This document shows, piece by piece, positions 24,671-38,818 of a stretch of DNA of 64,000 nt. The stretch's first letter is position 1. The number at the start of each line of letters is the position of its first letter. The notes under the pieces are model-generated. The model was not told the DNA's origin. It saw only the letters and a program-made list of their open reading frames with translations, and did no database searches. Where the stretch lies: contig NC_092671.1 in the NCBI RefSeq assembly GCF_964355755.1, positions 33,614,304-33,678,303 of the forward strand, in the 5' to 3' direction. This DNA is from Antedon mediterranea. Lineage: Eukaryota; Animalia; Echinodermata. Made by a program: the position numbers and the translations under genes.

Positions 24671-27600
24671 CTTTTATACCATCTTTAATATTTGGAAACG
24701 TTAGATCTTTGAATAACAAAGTCGATTTACTCAGAGCAAACGTCGAACACTTCAGGATTTTAGGAATGCCAGCTTACTTGCATTCACGGAAACCCACCTG
24801 AGCGATAAGCATAGTGATCAACATATTCAAGTAGTTCGCTTTAAATCTGGGAATCGTACAGCCGAAGCGAAAAAAGATGGCGGTGGTGGTCTTTGCCTCT
24901 ACATTAATGAGAAATACTGTCATCAAAATAATTCTACGCTTAAGCTTCATAAATGTACGCCACACTCGGAAGTGCTAGTTGTTGGTATTCGCCTCTACTA
25001 TCTTCCGAGAGAGTTCTCGCATGTTATCAATGTTATGGTATACATACCTAACAAACAGCTTGAAAAGCCTGCTATAAATGAGATCGCAGAAATAATCGAA
25101 GGTATTGAGTGTAGTCACCCTGAGGCGCTTGTAATTATCAATGGTGATTTCAACAGATGCAAGCTCAAGAAAACAACGGCCACTTATTATCAGCATGTTA
25201 CATGTAAAACGAGGGACAACGCGATTCTTGATTTATGCTACTCAAGTGTGAAGGATGCCTATATTTCGACCCCATTACCGAACTTGGGCAAATCTGATCA
25301 TAATTTGATTTTACTCAGTCCCAAATATCGCCCGTTAAATAAGACCTGCCAACCAACAATTATTAATGTACGTAAATGGTCTCCTGAAGCCGAGGAAGCC
25401 CCGAGGAATTTGAATCTACCGATTGGGATATTTTTACGGAGAATGAAGATTTGAATAGTATTACTTATGCAGTGAGCTCATACATAAACTTTTGTATTGA
25501 TAAATGCGTTCCAGTTAAAAAAGTGAAAATCTACCCTAATAACAAGCCATGGATCATGAAAGGCGTTAAATTACTGTTGTGTGAGAAACGTAGAGCTTTT
25601 AAGATGGGCGACTCTAATCGTATGAAAATATTGACTAGAGAGATTAAATCTGAAATAATGAAACAGAAGAACATTTATAGGAAAAAGTTGAACATAACTT
25701 CAGGTCTAATAATATGAAACAAGTTTGGCAGGGTATGAAACTTATGAGTGGTTACACAAACGGTGGTAATACACCCACCTCGATTCCGATTGTTACTGTG
25801 CAATATGTTAATGAGTTAAATGAATTTTATAACCGTTTTAATGTTCATGATTTAAAAAAAGAAAGAAAGGCTCTATTTAGCTCGTGTCGGGTGACTGAAG
25901 ATGATCCCAAATTTAGTATAAGCATTTCTGATGTACATAACGAATTCATGAAACTCAATTCATCGAAGGCTGCTGGGCTGGATAGAATCCCACCACGAGT
26001 ACTTAAGGTCTGCTCTCCTAACCTTGATGGTATATTTACATTTATTTTCAATATGTGTCTTTCTTATCATGCGTTCCCGGATATTTGGAAACTTTCATGC
26101 ATTATACCGGTACCTAAGAAACCTAAGATTAACAGCATGAATGATTTGAGACCCGTCGCACTCACGTCTGTCGCGATGAAAATATTGGAACGTATTATTT
26201 TAAAAATTATGAAACCTTATGCTGAAAAAGTGTTAGACCCGTTGCAATTTGCTTACCGATCACTCCGTAGTACCAGTGATGCGATATATTTTAAATTACA
26301 TAAATTGTATTCACATCTAGATAATGTAAAGAAAGGCCACTCGGCACGTGTTATGTATTTTGATTTTCAGTCTGCGTTTAATACCATACAACCCCATATC
26401 CTAGCAGACAAAATGTTGAATATGGAGTTTCCCCGTCCGATTGTTCGTTTAGTTTTAAATTTAATTTGTGATAGAAAACAATTTGTTAATATTAATGGTG
26501 TTAAGTCAGAAATCGTAACCTCTGACACCGGTGTTCCTCAGGGTACTGTCAACGCACCTAAATTATATTCCTTGTATACGGCCGATTACAGATCTTTAAA
26601 TGATGAGCTTTGCCCCGTTGTTAAATTCGCTGATGACACTTGTACTATTGGTCTCATAGTTTCAAACAATGATGAACATTATCGTAGCGAAATACAAATA
26701 TTTGTTAAATTTTGTGACGATAATTATCTCCAAATAAATGCATGGAAAACAAAGGAGATGATCATTGATTTTAGGACTAAACATAAATTAAATTTTCAAC
26801 CAATCACTATCAAAGGTAAAGAAATTGAAATTGTTGACCAGTACAAGTATCTAGGTATTGTTTTCAATGATAAACTGAGTTGGGGAGACCATATAGACTT
26901 CATCAGCAAAAAATGTAATCCCAGAATGTATTGTATGAGAACTTTATATAAATTTAACTCCTGTGATTTGATGTTACTTTCGTTCTATAGTTCCGTTATA
27001 TGTAGTGTTTGGACGTACTGCCTCTCCTGTTGGGCTGGTAATGTTACCGGAGGGAATAAAGGACGCCTTGAAACTTTCATCCGTCGGGCTGGTAAAATGA
27101 TTGGTCTGGAACTGCCTTCCATTACCGATGTGCACCTAGAACACCTCCAGAAAGATTTTGAACGCATTGAGTCGGATGTCTCTCATCCTCTGCACAAAGT
27201 GATCATAGACCAACTTAATCCAAGTGTTAGATTGAGGTTCCTCAGTGTGAAAACAAATCGATAATGCCAAATCCTTTATTCCCTCCGGTATCATCCAGTA
27301 CAATAGAAAGTCAAGAAGATAATTTAATCTTGTATTTTTGATGTTTTTATATGAATGGTTTTATGCTATATTTGTTTTTATTGTGTTTTCTTGTTATTAT
27401 GACGAGCAATGAATTTCCTTTTTGAGGATCAATAAAAGTTATCTTATCTTATCTTATCTTATGATAGGTATAAATATTGAAGTTGTTAATCATCAGTGCA
27501 TCATCTGTTATTTGCGGTGTTTGCCAAGTCTCTGTGACAACTGCTAAATCAATACAATTTTGAAGTAGAAGAATTTTGAAGTAAAAACATTATATTTTTG

Positions 27601-27918
27601 TAAGTGACGTCACACCCGTCGTAAATTTAACATTAAATGATAGTAATCTTCCTTTCTTGAAATCTGATCTAGTTTCAGACAAGACAGACAAGACAATGTA
27701 TTTTTATGACTTCTTCGATACTCATGTGATGCTAATAATATACTTTTTGTAGGTAAGGATGCAGAAAACATGAATTATTCATTAGTTGTATATATATCCG
27801 TTACCTTATTGAACATGTATTAGGTGTGACATTGCACCGGGAGTAGCAGTTGTTGTTTATATAACAATGCTACTAATACAACACTTGCCGACAGTCGCAT
27901 CCGTACTAATCCAACGCT

Positions 27919-30900
27919 ATGAAGGTTGATAACGTCTTTAAATACATTGGTGAATATGGTCAATATCACAAACTGGTGACATTGTCCATATGCTGTCTTG
28001 TATTTTCCAATTCGTTTGTTAACATATCAACCGTGTTTATCGGTGGAACTATGGATCACCATTGCAAGCATCCAGATACAGCGAATTGCAGCGAGCTCTA
28101 TTTCGGTGACTGCTGGAATAGAAACGATAGCATGATAAGACTGCCACCAGACGATGAGGGCACGCTATTCATTAACGAAACACAATGTAGAATGTATGCA
28201 AATGATAATACTGTACGACTAAACTGATTGATTGTGAAAATGGATGGGCCTACGATCGATCACGGTATGATTCCACTATTGTGTCTGAGGTAAGATTGTT
28301 TATTGTTTATTCATCAAGATGTGACCCCTGACACCAAACTTAAGGACTACCTTGGCGAGTTAGTTATCCACACGACACACGCCACGTGCACGTAGGTTAT
28401 AAAACATGCAGACAAAAAAACAATTATACCATTTGAAGCTAAAGAAAATGCCCTTAGTGTCATTAAGACATGAAGACAATATGTTTTTGCGTGTTGAATA
28501 TTTGAGATATATTTTATATAATACAGTTAACAGTATATACTGTATACTTACTACATAGAGTGTAGCATCTATATATAAATTATGGTTAATTCTGACATAG
28601 GCGAGCACAATGCAAAAACTTCGGTACAAATCTCCGCCTTGGATATCTACCTTATCTATCTGAGATGTACCGCAAAACGTAGATTTGATAACATTAGTGT
28701 TCACAGCGACGCTATTGTTCCATATTTCTATCTTAGGAAGATATTATAAAGAGTTTTTAACAGAATTTATGATTTCAACATTAGATTTTTATCTCAATTT
28801 CAATTCTTCCCGGTCAAAGTAATTTCTGGGTTTAAGATAAGTTCACCTTGCAACAACCTGGTTTCAAATATTTTCTCTCTTTTATACACAAGGGAGCAGT
28901 TAAAATAATAGATTTGACCCTAAAGGTGACTGGAAACAGGCACTTTCCATCAAGCAATACAGTGTCCCTTTGGAAGACGAAAAAAAATCAGATATAGTAG
29001 GACTGGAGCTTTAATCATAGCCATTTAAGTTTTTTGTTTATTTTAAAACATACCGCGCGTGTGTGAAGGTACCGTAGTTAATAATAATTAATAAAGATCA
29101 AATTAAATATACGCCATAAAGAATCAGAATATATTGTGGGGAATAGTATTATAAAATTACATAGGGAGATTTGATGATAAGACATTTTTCGAGTGAAATC
29201 CCGATAGCTGAGTTTTGTTGAGTAAGCTTGCAGGAATAACTGTAGGCTATCTTTCTGTGTCCCGTTAGGACCGAGATGTCTGCCCATGTTGCAAGCCGTA
29301 ATATCTTCTTTCTTGGGCCCACTCTGTCACGGCAGTTAGTTTCAAAAGATGATTAAATTAAATAATGTATTAATAATTATTAGGATGGTATTCATTTGAA
29401 TAAACGCCTCTCCAATAAAACATCACTTTGAATAATAACCCCCTCCTCACCCAACTATCTAATAAACGTCCATCCACATATTTATAATAACACAATTATA
29501 CTATTTGTAGTAGAATTCACCGCACTGTTATCTAAAATTTACCAAGCATTTGTTCTTCTTTTTTAGCACTTTTCATATCTATTAGAGGATTTCATTTGAT
29601 TATAAATGTTACCATATTATTCAAACTAAAAAAATTAACATATATCCCTCGAATAATCACCTCCCTCAAATGACCTCCGCCTCCCCAAAGGGCCCTATCA
29701 AACAATAAAAACTATACTTTAAAATGTTATTAATCATCTAAAACACTGTAAAACAAAGTAGTTTAGTTTTACGAATGTCAAGCATTTTCAATAATGGTAA
29801 CCGACAGAAAACGTATAAGGAGAACATTATCATTCCGAGAACCATCGTCTACACTTCCTAGAGGGGGAGCGAGCGAAGCGAGCTAACCCTCTAGTATGTG
29901 AAATTAAGGCAACCGCCTTTTATTCAAATGTTCAACATGAAGATTGCTATTTCTATAAAAAAAATTGTCTGAGCAACAACATTATAAACATGTTAAATAA
30001 ATTCGGATTACGTAGATATGCGCGCGATTTAACTGTGATGAACTATGATGCAAAATATGAAAATCCGACTTGTATAAATAACACTCACAATGAACGTGTT
30101 AAATAGCCTGTAGATAAATAATTGACCCAAATTAAAATGTCAACATTTCCTTTGAACAATAATTATAATATTATCACTAAATGCTGGTATAAATATGAAG
30201 CAAAACTTAAATACTTACTGGTTACTGCTTAATTTGTCCAATATCATTAATTATTAAAAAGTTTAATTTACATATCCTTAATTACAATAAAGCATTTTAT
30301 CGTCATATTATCATATTGTTCTGTTTGTCGTAGTTATGGAGCTTGTATAGGGAATGATCAGTAGTATCTTTATTATTTAATTAGCTGTCTTCTATGTATA
30401 TATCATATAATTACATCAATCGATATTTAACAATATATTATAATACTTATTAAACAATAACAGATTATTAACATAATAAAATAAGCCATTAGCATTTACC
30501 TTTAAAGTAGAAATTAAAAATATGTGCATAAAGAAAGTTACAATGACAGTCAATAATAATGTTTGGTGTGTAGATAGATTTTTTTTTGGAAAAGAAGAGA
30601 ACACAAAACTGTTTAATTTTAATTGAACATTTCTATCTTTTGTAATTTTTTTTATACTATATTTTATTGTATTTTGATATCGTACCTATCACAGTGACGT
30701 AACGTTGTTCTGTGACTTTGAATATGACGTGTAGGTGCCAATAGATTTACAACTTACACGTAGTGAATTCGTATCTCGCGAATGCTTCGGGCGTGAATTC
30801 ACTCCATGTTGCTTCATATACAAATTTGGCTAGTTTTGCGCTATTTGACGCTTGACGCGTGTCGCTTCGCACGTGTATGTTTGTGAGTGTGCACTGTCAA

Positions 30901-33900
30901 AAATAATATGCATTTTATTTTCACAGTTTGACCTGGTGTGTGAAGACAGTTATATGGTGTCATTGGCGTCATCATTGTACATAGCAAGATTTTTCTTTGG
31001 TTCGATTTTATTTGGACTTCTTTGTGATTGGTAAGTTAAAAAAAATGAAAGTAGGTACCTTAATTATATAGTGAAAACGATCCCATATTGTATTTAGTAT
31101 TGCTTTGTCATGGTTGGCGCTTCATATATTTTTTCAATAATTCCGATATTTGATGGATGTAATAATAATTCATTCATTTCATTGCATATTATCATATTTT
31201 ATAAATTACAATTTTTAGTCTTGGAAGAAAAAATGGAGTGTTTTTAGCATTTTCACTGGTTTTATCATTAACGGTGTTATGCAGTCTTTCGAAATCATAT
31301 GTTATGTATGTTATTTTCCGATTCCTGAACGGCATATCTGAGGTTGGCTTATATGTTTCAGTCTTCACATACGGTAGGAATAATACTATTATTTCATAAA
31401 CATCATTAATACTTTGAATCGTTGCAAGAACAAGAAAGTATTTATACATAGAACACAAATACAAAAATGCTGCATTTCAACATTATTGCTATATTTCGGA
31501 TCTGAAGAAATGGATAAATTATCTTAAAATGTTAAATATTGTTTTCTCTGTGATATTTTCAGTTACCGAATTAGTTGCATTAGTCTACCATTGCGTCGAG
31601 CTATTGGTGCTTGGGCATAATGATGTTAGCTCCGATTTCTTACTTCATTAGATCATGGGACAAGCTTCTCATGACTTTCGGCATTTCCCAGTCCCCTCTG
31701 TTGTTGCTTTACTTGTAAGAACCAATTATAATTGTATTTCATGAATTAAAAATGGAAAGTGAAAGAGTAAATAAATATTGTGAGTGTTAATATCATCCCA
31801 ACATTTATATATTCAATCTTATTAACCCACGTTCTGGAGATTTTGTAACACATTATGCTTATCGTGTCTTTGGTTTGAATAAGATATGTTTCATTCATAG
31901 AGGAATACACACAAGAACAATGATAGAAACGGAGTTGGTTATTAAATACAACTCTGAAAAAAACTGAAGACTTAAGCAATCTAACACCATGAAACCGAGC
32001 TCGCCTTGTCAAGATAGGAACTCGTAACAGTCCTTTGATCTTATGCCTGGCTGCGACAGTACTAGTACTAGTACATATTCTCCGTTGCGCGCGGTGTCTG
32101 TTAAAGGGCGTGGAACTGATCGTGTCGCAGATAAACCTTTCGATCTCCACCCTGTTAGATTGCCTAGGTTTAAGTACTGCGTCTTGTGATTATTTTTCTT
32201 AGTGGATTCGCTGTTGGTTATCGTTGCCAATTTTCTATAAATATATAAGAAAATAAATGGTCGAATAATAATTGATATTGTAATATTTATTTGGTGGCTG
32301 GTAGATAATCTAATACAGATAATTTTAGTTAGTTAGTTTTTTAATAATTAGTTTGATCGTTGTTACAGTTTTGTTCCAGAGTCACCACGGTGGCTTCTTG
32401 TTAAAGGCCGAAGTGAATAAGCAAAGCTTGTTGTAAAAAAAATTGGAAGGAAAAAAGCTGGGGTTTTACCAGATGACATATTGGACAATTTAGAAGTTGG
32501 AAATGTAAGCTGAAATATTTATATTTGTTCCACGGGAATGGTTTCCCGATTGTGGTTGATGCTCATGGTTATGTTTCAACAGCGAGTCACTAGGCATAAT
32601 TTATTTTCGTTTGAATAAAAAAAAAGTTATTAAAAAAGTGACGTAAAATTGATTTCTTTAATAAAGGATTCAAGTGAAAGTAGCAAGACAAGCCCAATGA
32701 TCATAATTCGATATCCACAGATGAGAAGGAAAGCGGTTTACATCACATATAGTTGGTACGACACATGCATGGTTTTATTTTTGTATTTCTCATTTGATTA
32801 TTAGTGAAGTGAATGACATTTGTATGTTACTAAGTGATATTACTAACTGATAATAATGTTCTCACAGATCACATAATACTAATTAATTGTGATTGGACCA
32901 ATGTTTAAATAGGTTTGCCGTTAACCTTGCTTACTATGGTTCAACATATGTGTTGAGGGTCTAAACGTCGACGTATACATTGGAACTTTCTTAAGTGGTT
33001 TTACCGAGTTGTTGGCCTACCTGTTCGCCTGGTTCATTATTCAGAAGCTCGGCAGACGATGTTCACTAGCAGGCACCCTTGTCACAGGTGGTTCTGCCTG
33101 TTTCATCAATATATGGATTCTTTGTACACCTGATTCACATGGTCAATTGAGTAACTTTGTGACGTACCAGGGTGCATTATGTAACTAAAGTAGAGTTAAA
33201 CTGTGAGATTGCCACTGTTTGAGAGGGTTGTAACTAAAGACTGTTCATTTATGGTTCACACGACTGGATTCGAAAATTATACTGAGAATAAATTAACAGT
33301 TGATTTTACAAGCTCTGTTTCGGAAATTATTGAGTGGTATATAATCGAGCATAATGGTAATATACTGAGAGTAATCATATATTCTGTTATATAATAATTA
33401 GTATTATTACAAAGGTAATTTTAACAATATAAATTGTATTTTTCTGGTCGACATCGAATATTCAATATGAATTATTTGGGCAACGTGTAATATAATAATA
33501 CATTTGACCTGTGCATATTCAGCAATACAACTCTTAGGATATCTTTGGCAATGATTGGAAATTTTTTTGTTACAGCTGCATTTTCAATTGTTTACATATA
33601 TACTGTAGAACTTTTCCCAACGAACATGAGGCAAGTTATATACATCGATTCTCACAATGTAGATAAGTTCGTAAAATAACGTTTTTCTTTACTACACACA
33701 TTTTGATAACACTAGTCCAAAATGACTGTTCAAAATTTAGTATTTTACTATTAAATCTATTAATATTGATACATTATTATATTTTTGTTATTGTCAGTCC
33801 AATTTGGGTTTCTTTATGTTATTTAAAACATAATTGATACACAGTAAACTCATCTGAAGTACAACATGACTTTATGTGTTTACACAGGAGCACCGGCTTA

Positions 33901-34279
33901 GGAATATGCTCCTTCTTTTCACCAGTGGCTGGGGTGCTTGCCGCTCCGATTCTTTTCCTCGAAAAATTATGGGCACCGCTGCCATTGGTGGCGTTCAGTT
34001 TTACGTCAGTGACTGCAGGACTGGTGGCGCTTCTTCTGCCTGAAACTTTAAATGTGCCACTCCCACAAACTATAGAAGAGGCTGAGATGATTACCAGGTA
34101 AGATCTTAAGCAACTAGTTTTTTTTAACCTGTAAGACAAAATATTTTGTCCGCCGTTGTTTTTGTCTATTGCCGATGACACCGTATAACTTCTATTTCTT
34201 TGTTTATTATTACAGAAAAAACAACGTAAAAAGAAATATATATTTTCAAAGTCTTCAAATGGATGGAGTCAAGTCCTAA
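27919..34279 (+). pseudogene. SLC22 / organic cation transporter-like (MFS) intron-containing pseudogene, 10 exons
   Basis: Exons 27919-28289, 30927-31030, 31219-31373, 31563-31714, 32369-32504, 32667-32755, 32913-~33150, 33523-33630 (GC donor), 33888-34097, 34216-34279. Family motifs: IGEYGQY, CENGWAYD..STIVSE|FDLVC, LGRK, PESPRWL, GRR, ELFPT, LLLPET. Lesions: frameshift near 28220, deletion/frameshift in exon 4, TAA at 32418-32420, frameshift near 32950. Confidence 0.9.
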
Positions 34280-35375
34280 GGATTGAAAAAATAGACATTA
34301 AAATAATTTTCATTGCTATAATTATGTTAATGTGTCATTGTTGATATGGAGAGTAAGTTCTCAGGCTAGGATAATTAACTCACATCACTATGACACTTGT
34401 GAATAAATAGTTAGCTTGTCTTGACAAGTTAGTGAAACAGTGTGGTGATGTGAGATTTCGTTTTCGGAATTTTTCGGTTGTCTTGTTCAACTTATTCGGT
34501 TTTTAGGCTATTTCGTGGTTTATTTTACATCAACATTTTATCCTTTTCACACTTGTGCTAAACAGCGCATAGAGACTATTTGTATTTTGCGCTATTTAAA
34601 TTTAAAACCATAAACCATAAACCATAAACTTTGTTTATAGGTTGTAAAATATGGGTATTCTGGCAAAGAATGTTCATCATGGTATTGTTCAAACTCGATT
34701 GGATAGCGACTCTTTAACACTCTCGGCGTGGTACGGCGGAACAGCACTAGTCCCTAGAGAGTGCACCATATATCAAATTGATACGCCATCATCTTTGAGT
34801 ATTGTATTCACGAAGCGGGTTCTCCGAAGAGATACTTTTATATATAAACACAGGCAACACCACAGGCACAGAACAAATTCTAAACCGGTCGGTGAACGAG
34901 TTTTAACAATTCATTAAAGTGGTCTAATGGTTAGGATATACATTATTCATTTATTGTCCAATATAAAGGGAAATTACAGTGGTCATAAATTATCTTGGCT
35001 TGCCTAAAATAAATATAAGGTTAAAAAAAAGAACTATCTAACAAATCTTTTGTTATAATGCCGTATCCCGGCTGGGTAGAACGTGTACCTGTAACGGTCC
35101 GTCTGCGCGTTTACCATCCCCATTCTACCACTTCTAACTATAACGGAGCCGATACTGTCGTTATGAAGAGGATGATTGGTGTCTTCCAATAATAGTATGG
35201 AAGATCGGAAAGATGTTCGCTGTAGAAAGAGTCAAGCGTTTGCACAGACGAACCAGTTACAGTAGGCCTACTTTACCCGCTCTACCCAGCACCTTTTTAA
35301 TTCGGTCTTTATCCCCTTTACTGATATTCCCTGCCCAGCCAAACATACAATAATATACTATTAGTTACACCCTGT

Positions 35376-36115
35376 TTTATTATTATTATTATTTATTATT
35401 TATTTCCTTTATTGCATCAAGTAAGCAGTGATGAAGTTGACATAAATATAATAGTAAATATGTAAACACATAGTATAACACAGTCCAAACAAGTAATACT
35501 AAAATATATCATAGTCCACAAATCAGTCTTTCAATGGCCATCATAGTACATCCAGTAACACAAACCAATAGAGGTTCACAATTTGCTTATCATAACTCAG
35601 TTACTGATCATTCACCAATCATTGAAAACTCCGTGGAAAGTAATGAAGTTTTTTGTGCGTTGTGTCCGGACTTTGGGGAGGGTGAACGATCTAACGCGTC
35701 GGAGCTGATGGTTGTGTGTTGGAGGTTTAGGTAAGAGAGAGTGTAATATATGATCTTCTTTTTTTCATTTTATCAAAGAATTTTCTTGACAACTTCTCGC
35801 GGCGTTCAGATAGAGTGATGATGTTAAGGTATCTGCGGGTATCAGCATACGAGGTACCATCGGGGCATATTATGTTACACGCTCTTCTTTGGACATGTTC
35901 GATTTGGTCAGATTGTGCTTTGGATAAACTCGGGGACCAAACAGCACAGGCATATTCGAGAACTGGTCGTATCACTGCTTGATAGTATCGGAGCAGTTCC
36001 AGTCTATCTAGGCCAGACCTCTTGAGTTGCTTAAGAAAAAACAACCTTGGTACAACGCGCTTGGTTAAACAGTCAACATGCGTCTGCCACGACAATTTAC
36101 GGTCAAGATTGACAC
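35376..36115 (-). mobile_element. 3' fragment of a LINE (RT C-terminus and tail)
   Basis: ORF 35727-36095 (LSWQTHVD..RLFFLKQLKRSG..IRPVLEYACAVWSP). AATAAA followed by a (TAA)n-like tail at ~35376-35412. Confidence 0.85.
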
Positions 36116-36865
36116 CTGTTTGTTCACGGAATACGTGAAATATCTACGTTCTGGTTCCATATTCCATGAGGCCGGGTTCATATTCGATGGTTGAAATCAA
36201 CGCATACGCGCGCTCAACGATAAAAATGCAATGCAATACATAAACAACGCCCGCGAAGAAACATCAAACAGGTAATACGGAATATATTACTCTTCTGATC
36301 CGCTTAACTGAGTAAATGGGCGTAATACGGAATTATATCTCATACATTGACCAATTTCGAATTACAGAATTCACGTACATTAAGAGATACAAATACATAT
36401 CTGCATACCAAGCTAAAGGTTCCAGGCTCGACTCTCGGTCAAGGCGACCTGTTCTCATTTTTAAAGATTTCCTCATCTTATCATCGTCTGTGTAAATTGG
36501 CCTTCAGACGGTTCTCACATTTACTCACATACATTTTGGTTTACATTGTAACCAATGAACTGGTGCGTTTTAATTAACTATTTAAATAATGAATACGACA
36601 ATATTTTAATACTTTTTATTTCAACAATGTCAACATGGCTTCAGTAAAAAAAGTTAGTAATGAAACTATTTTGTTATGGATAAAAATATAATTTTAATGA
36701 ATAGAAACGCCAGATGTTGAACTTTTAAAATGGTAATCAAACTAAATTATAAAAATAAAAACAATTTAATTTAATGTTTGTTTTTAGTGTAAGCCAAGAT
36801 TAAAATATCACCGAAAACATGTCGAAGCAATTTTTAAAATGTTCACGCGGCTATTATACATACAA

Positions 36866-37019
36866 CTTGGTTCTCACTAGGACGTAACGCAACGACGTAA
36901 GGGCAACGTAAGCAATCTAACCAATTACAAGCGATGGATTATCCGAACTGTCGCTTGTGATTAACTCGCTTTCGTTGTACTTACGTCTTGCGTTTTGACA
37001 AGTCCTAGTGGGAACCAAG
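36866..37019. mobile_element. Small MITE
   Basis: CTTGGTTCTCACTAGGAC ... GTCCTAGTGGGAACCAAG inverted ends. A related half copy lies at ~43030-43100. Confidence 0.65.
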
Positions 37020-37760
37020 CTTAAGCCTTGTCGAGAGAAGTGGTTAAAACAGCCAAATACCGGACATTAACGCCTATTAAACTACAGTAGTCTTATAATT
37101 GATCATTGTCTAGTTTTAATATTCAGTTTTCTCTTGTAATATTAATTAAGGTAAACATTCATTAATGAAATAAAATAAAAAGTAAATCAAACAAGAATTA
37201 AAACAAAAATGATAATGTAAACTTATACGTTTCTATTCGCTTCTCTGATCCTCAGTGGTTTATGAAGATAAATAGTAACCATCTAAAAATACAATCAACA
37301 TAGGGTGAATCAATTCATTACTCCATGGTTATCAAGGATGTAGTTTAGGTTCTAAACGGAGTTTATTAATATTGGTGGACTAACATAAAATAGTCAATAA
37401 CTACAGACTTGGGGCAAATCTACCGTTATGATGAATGTCTATATGACCTCACAGTATAAAGTAGAAATACAATAAACAAATGATAAATTTGTTGACATCA
37501 TATTATTTATTCTATGTATTCTTTATTTCAAGCCAACAGTGTAAACACCAATTACCAATTATGATACTTGCATAATGTAATATAGTATTGTTACGATGCT
37601 AAACTTGTTTCTAAATGTAATACGTATAACACTATTGCATATTTTATTTCTAAATCAGAGGCAGTGAATTGTTGCCTATCTTCAGTCTGAATTCACCGTT
37701 TAAGTGAGTGTAAGTTATGGATATTTGACTCACCACTTTCAACGTTTATTCACGTATACA

Positions 37761-37997
37761 CTGTTGCTGCTGTTGCTGCAGTTGCTGCTGTTGCTGCTGT
37801 TGCTGCTGTTGCTGCTGTTGCTGCTGCTGATGCTGCTGATGCTGTTGCTGCTGTTGCTGCTGTTGCTGATGTTGCTGCTGTTGCTGCTGTTGCTGCTGTT
37901 GCTGCTATTGCTGCTGTTGCTGCTGTAGCTGCTGTTGCTGCTGTTGCTGCTGTTGCTGCTGTTGCTGCTGTTGTTGCTGTTGCTGCTGTTGCTGCTG

Positions 37998-38036
<39 letters not shown>

Positions 38037-38045
38037 TTGCTGCTA

Positions 38046-38081
<36 letters not shown>

Positions 38082-38157
38082 TTGTTGTTGTTGTTATTAT
38101 CGCCATCGTCATCGTCATCGCCATCGTCATGTCATCGTCATCTTCATCGTCGTCGTT
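37761..38157. repeat. Compound trinucleotide microsatellite (GCT/GTT, then CAT/CGT)
   Basis: Dominant 9-nt unit GTTGCTGCT followed by (GTT)n and (TCA/TCG)n. Confidence 0.97.
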
Positions 38158-38446
38158 TTGATATATTGACAAAATGTCGCTTATAAAAAGACAAAATACA
38201 CAGTGAATTTAAAAATAAGTCCAATGACTCCCAGTTGAATTTTATTCTTTGAATTGTTGTTTTAGGCCTGCAGGCCTATGTAATCAATAATGTATATAGT
38301 AATAAATTGTAAAGCAAATTAAAAGCTTAGTACATTTGATACTAACTTACCATCACCATTACCAACACCACCAGCAAAACCGTCAAATTGGCATTGTCCA
38401 AAGTTAGCCTGAAATAAAAACACGACTAGAAACACAACGATCAACG

Positions 38447-38448
38447 TT

Positions 38449-38480
<32 letters not shown>

Positions 38481-38577
38481 TTGCTGTTGCTGCTACTGCT
38501 GCTGTTGCTGATGTTGCTGCTGTTGCTGCCGTTGCTGCCGTTGCTGCTGTTGCTGCTGTTGATGCTGTTGCTGATGT

Positions 38578-38612
<35 letters not shown>

Positions 38613-38818
38613 TTGTTGTTGTTGTTGTTATTATCGTCATCGCCATCGGCATGTCATCGTCATCGTCATCGTCGTCATTGCTATTGCTAGTGTTGTTGTT
38701 GTTGCTGTTGCTGCTGCTGTTGCTGTTGCTGTCGCTGTTGCTGTTGCTGTTGCTGCTACTGCTGCTGCTGTTGCTGTGTCTGCTGCTGTTGTTGGTGTTG
38801 TTATTATTAGTATTATTA
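38447..38818. repeat. Second compound trinucleotide microsatellite, related to 37761-38157
   Basis: Same order of sub-blocks, including the shared junction GTTGTTATTATCG.CATCG..CATGTCATCGTC. Confidence 0.97.

Larger units (their letters stand above)
21372..27459 (+). mobile_element. Near full-length Rex1/Babar-like LINE, frameshifted and interrupted by two MITEs
   Basis: N-terminal AYTSSDL..RRRPRKRGKAGG, then PSLIFGNVRSLNNKVD, endonuclease (GDFN, SDH) and RT ORF 25714-27264 (DLRPVALTS, DFQSAFNTI, GVPQG, KFADD). (ATCTT)n tail at 27440-27460. Flanked by tatga at 21367-21371 and 27460-27464. Confidence 0.9.
17749..27590 (-). mobile_element. Old LINE fragment (APE endonuclease region), split into three pieces by later insertions
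   Basis: Pieces 27465-27590 (IDLAVVTETWQTPQITDDALMINNFNIYTYH), ~21143-21371 (RTHRKGGGVAVYV...IIVCGIY) and 17749-18577 (DSLKLKHPDAGFIIMGDLN...EPTRGDAILD...SDH...KPWIS) join into one continuous endonuclease domain. Confidence 0.85.

Noticed and set aside
31746-32230. Two minus-strand ORFs in an SLC22 intron, possibly the 5' end of a retroelement
   Set aside because: No recognisable domain motif, so no call can be supported.
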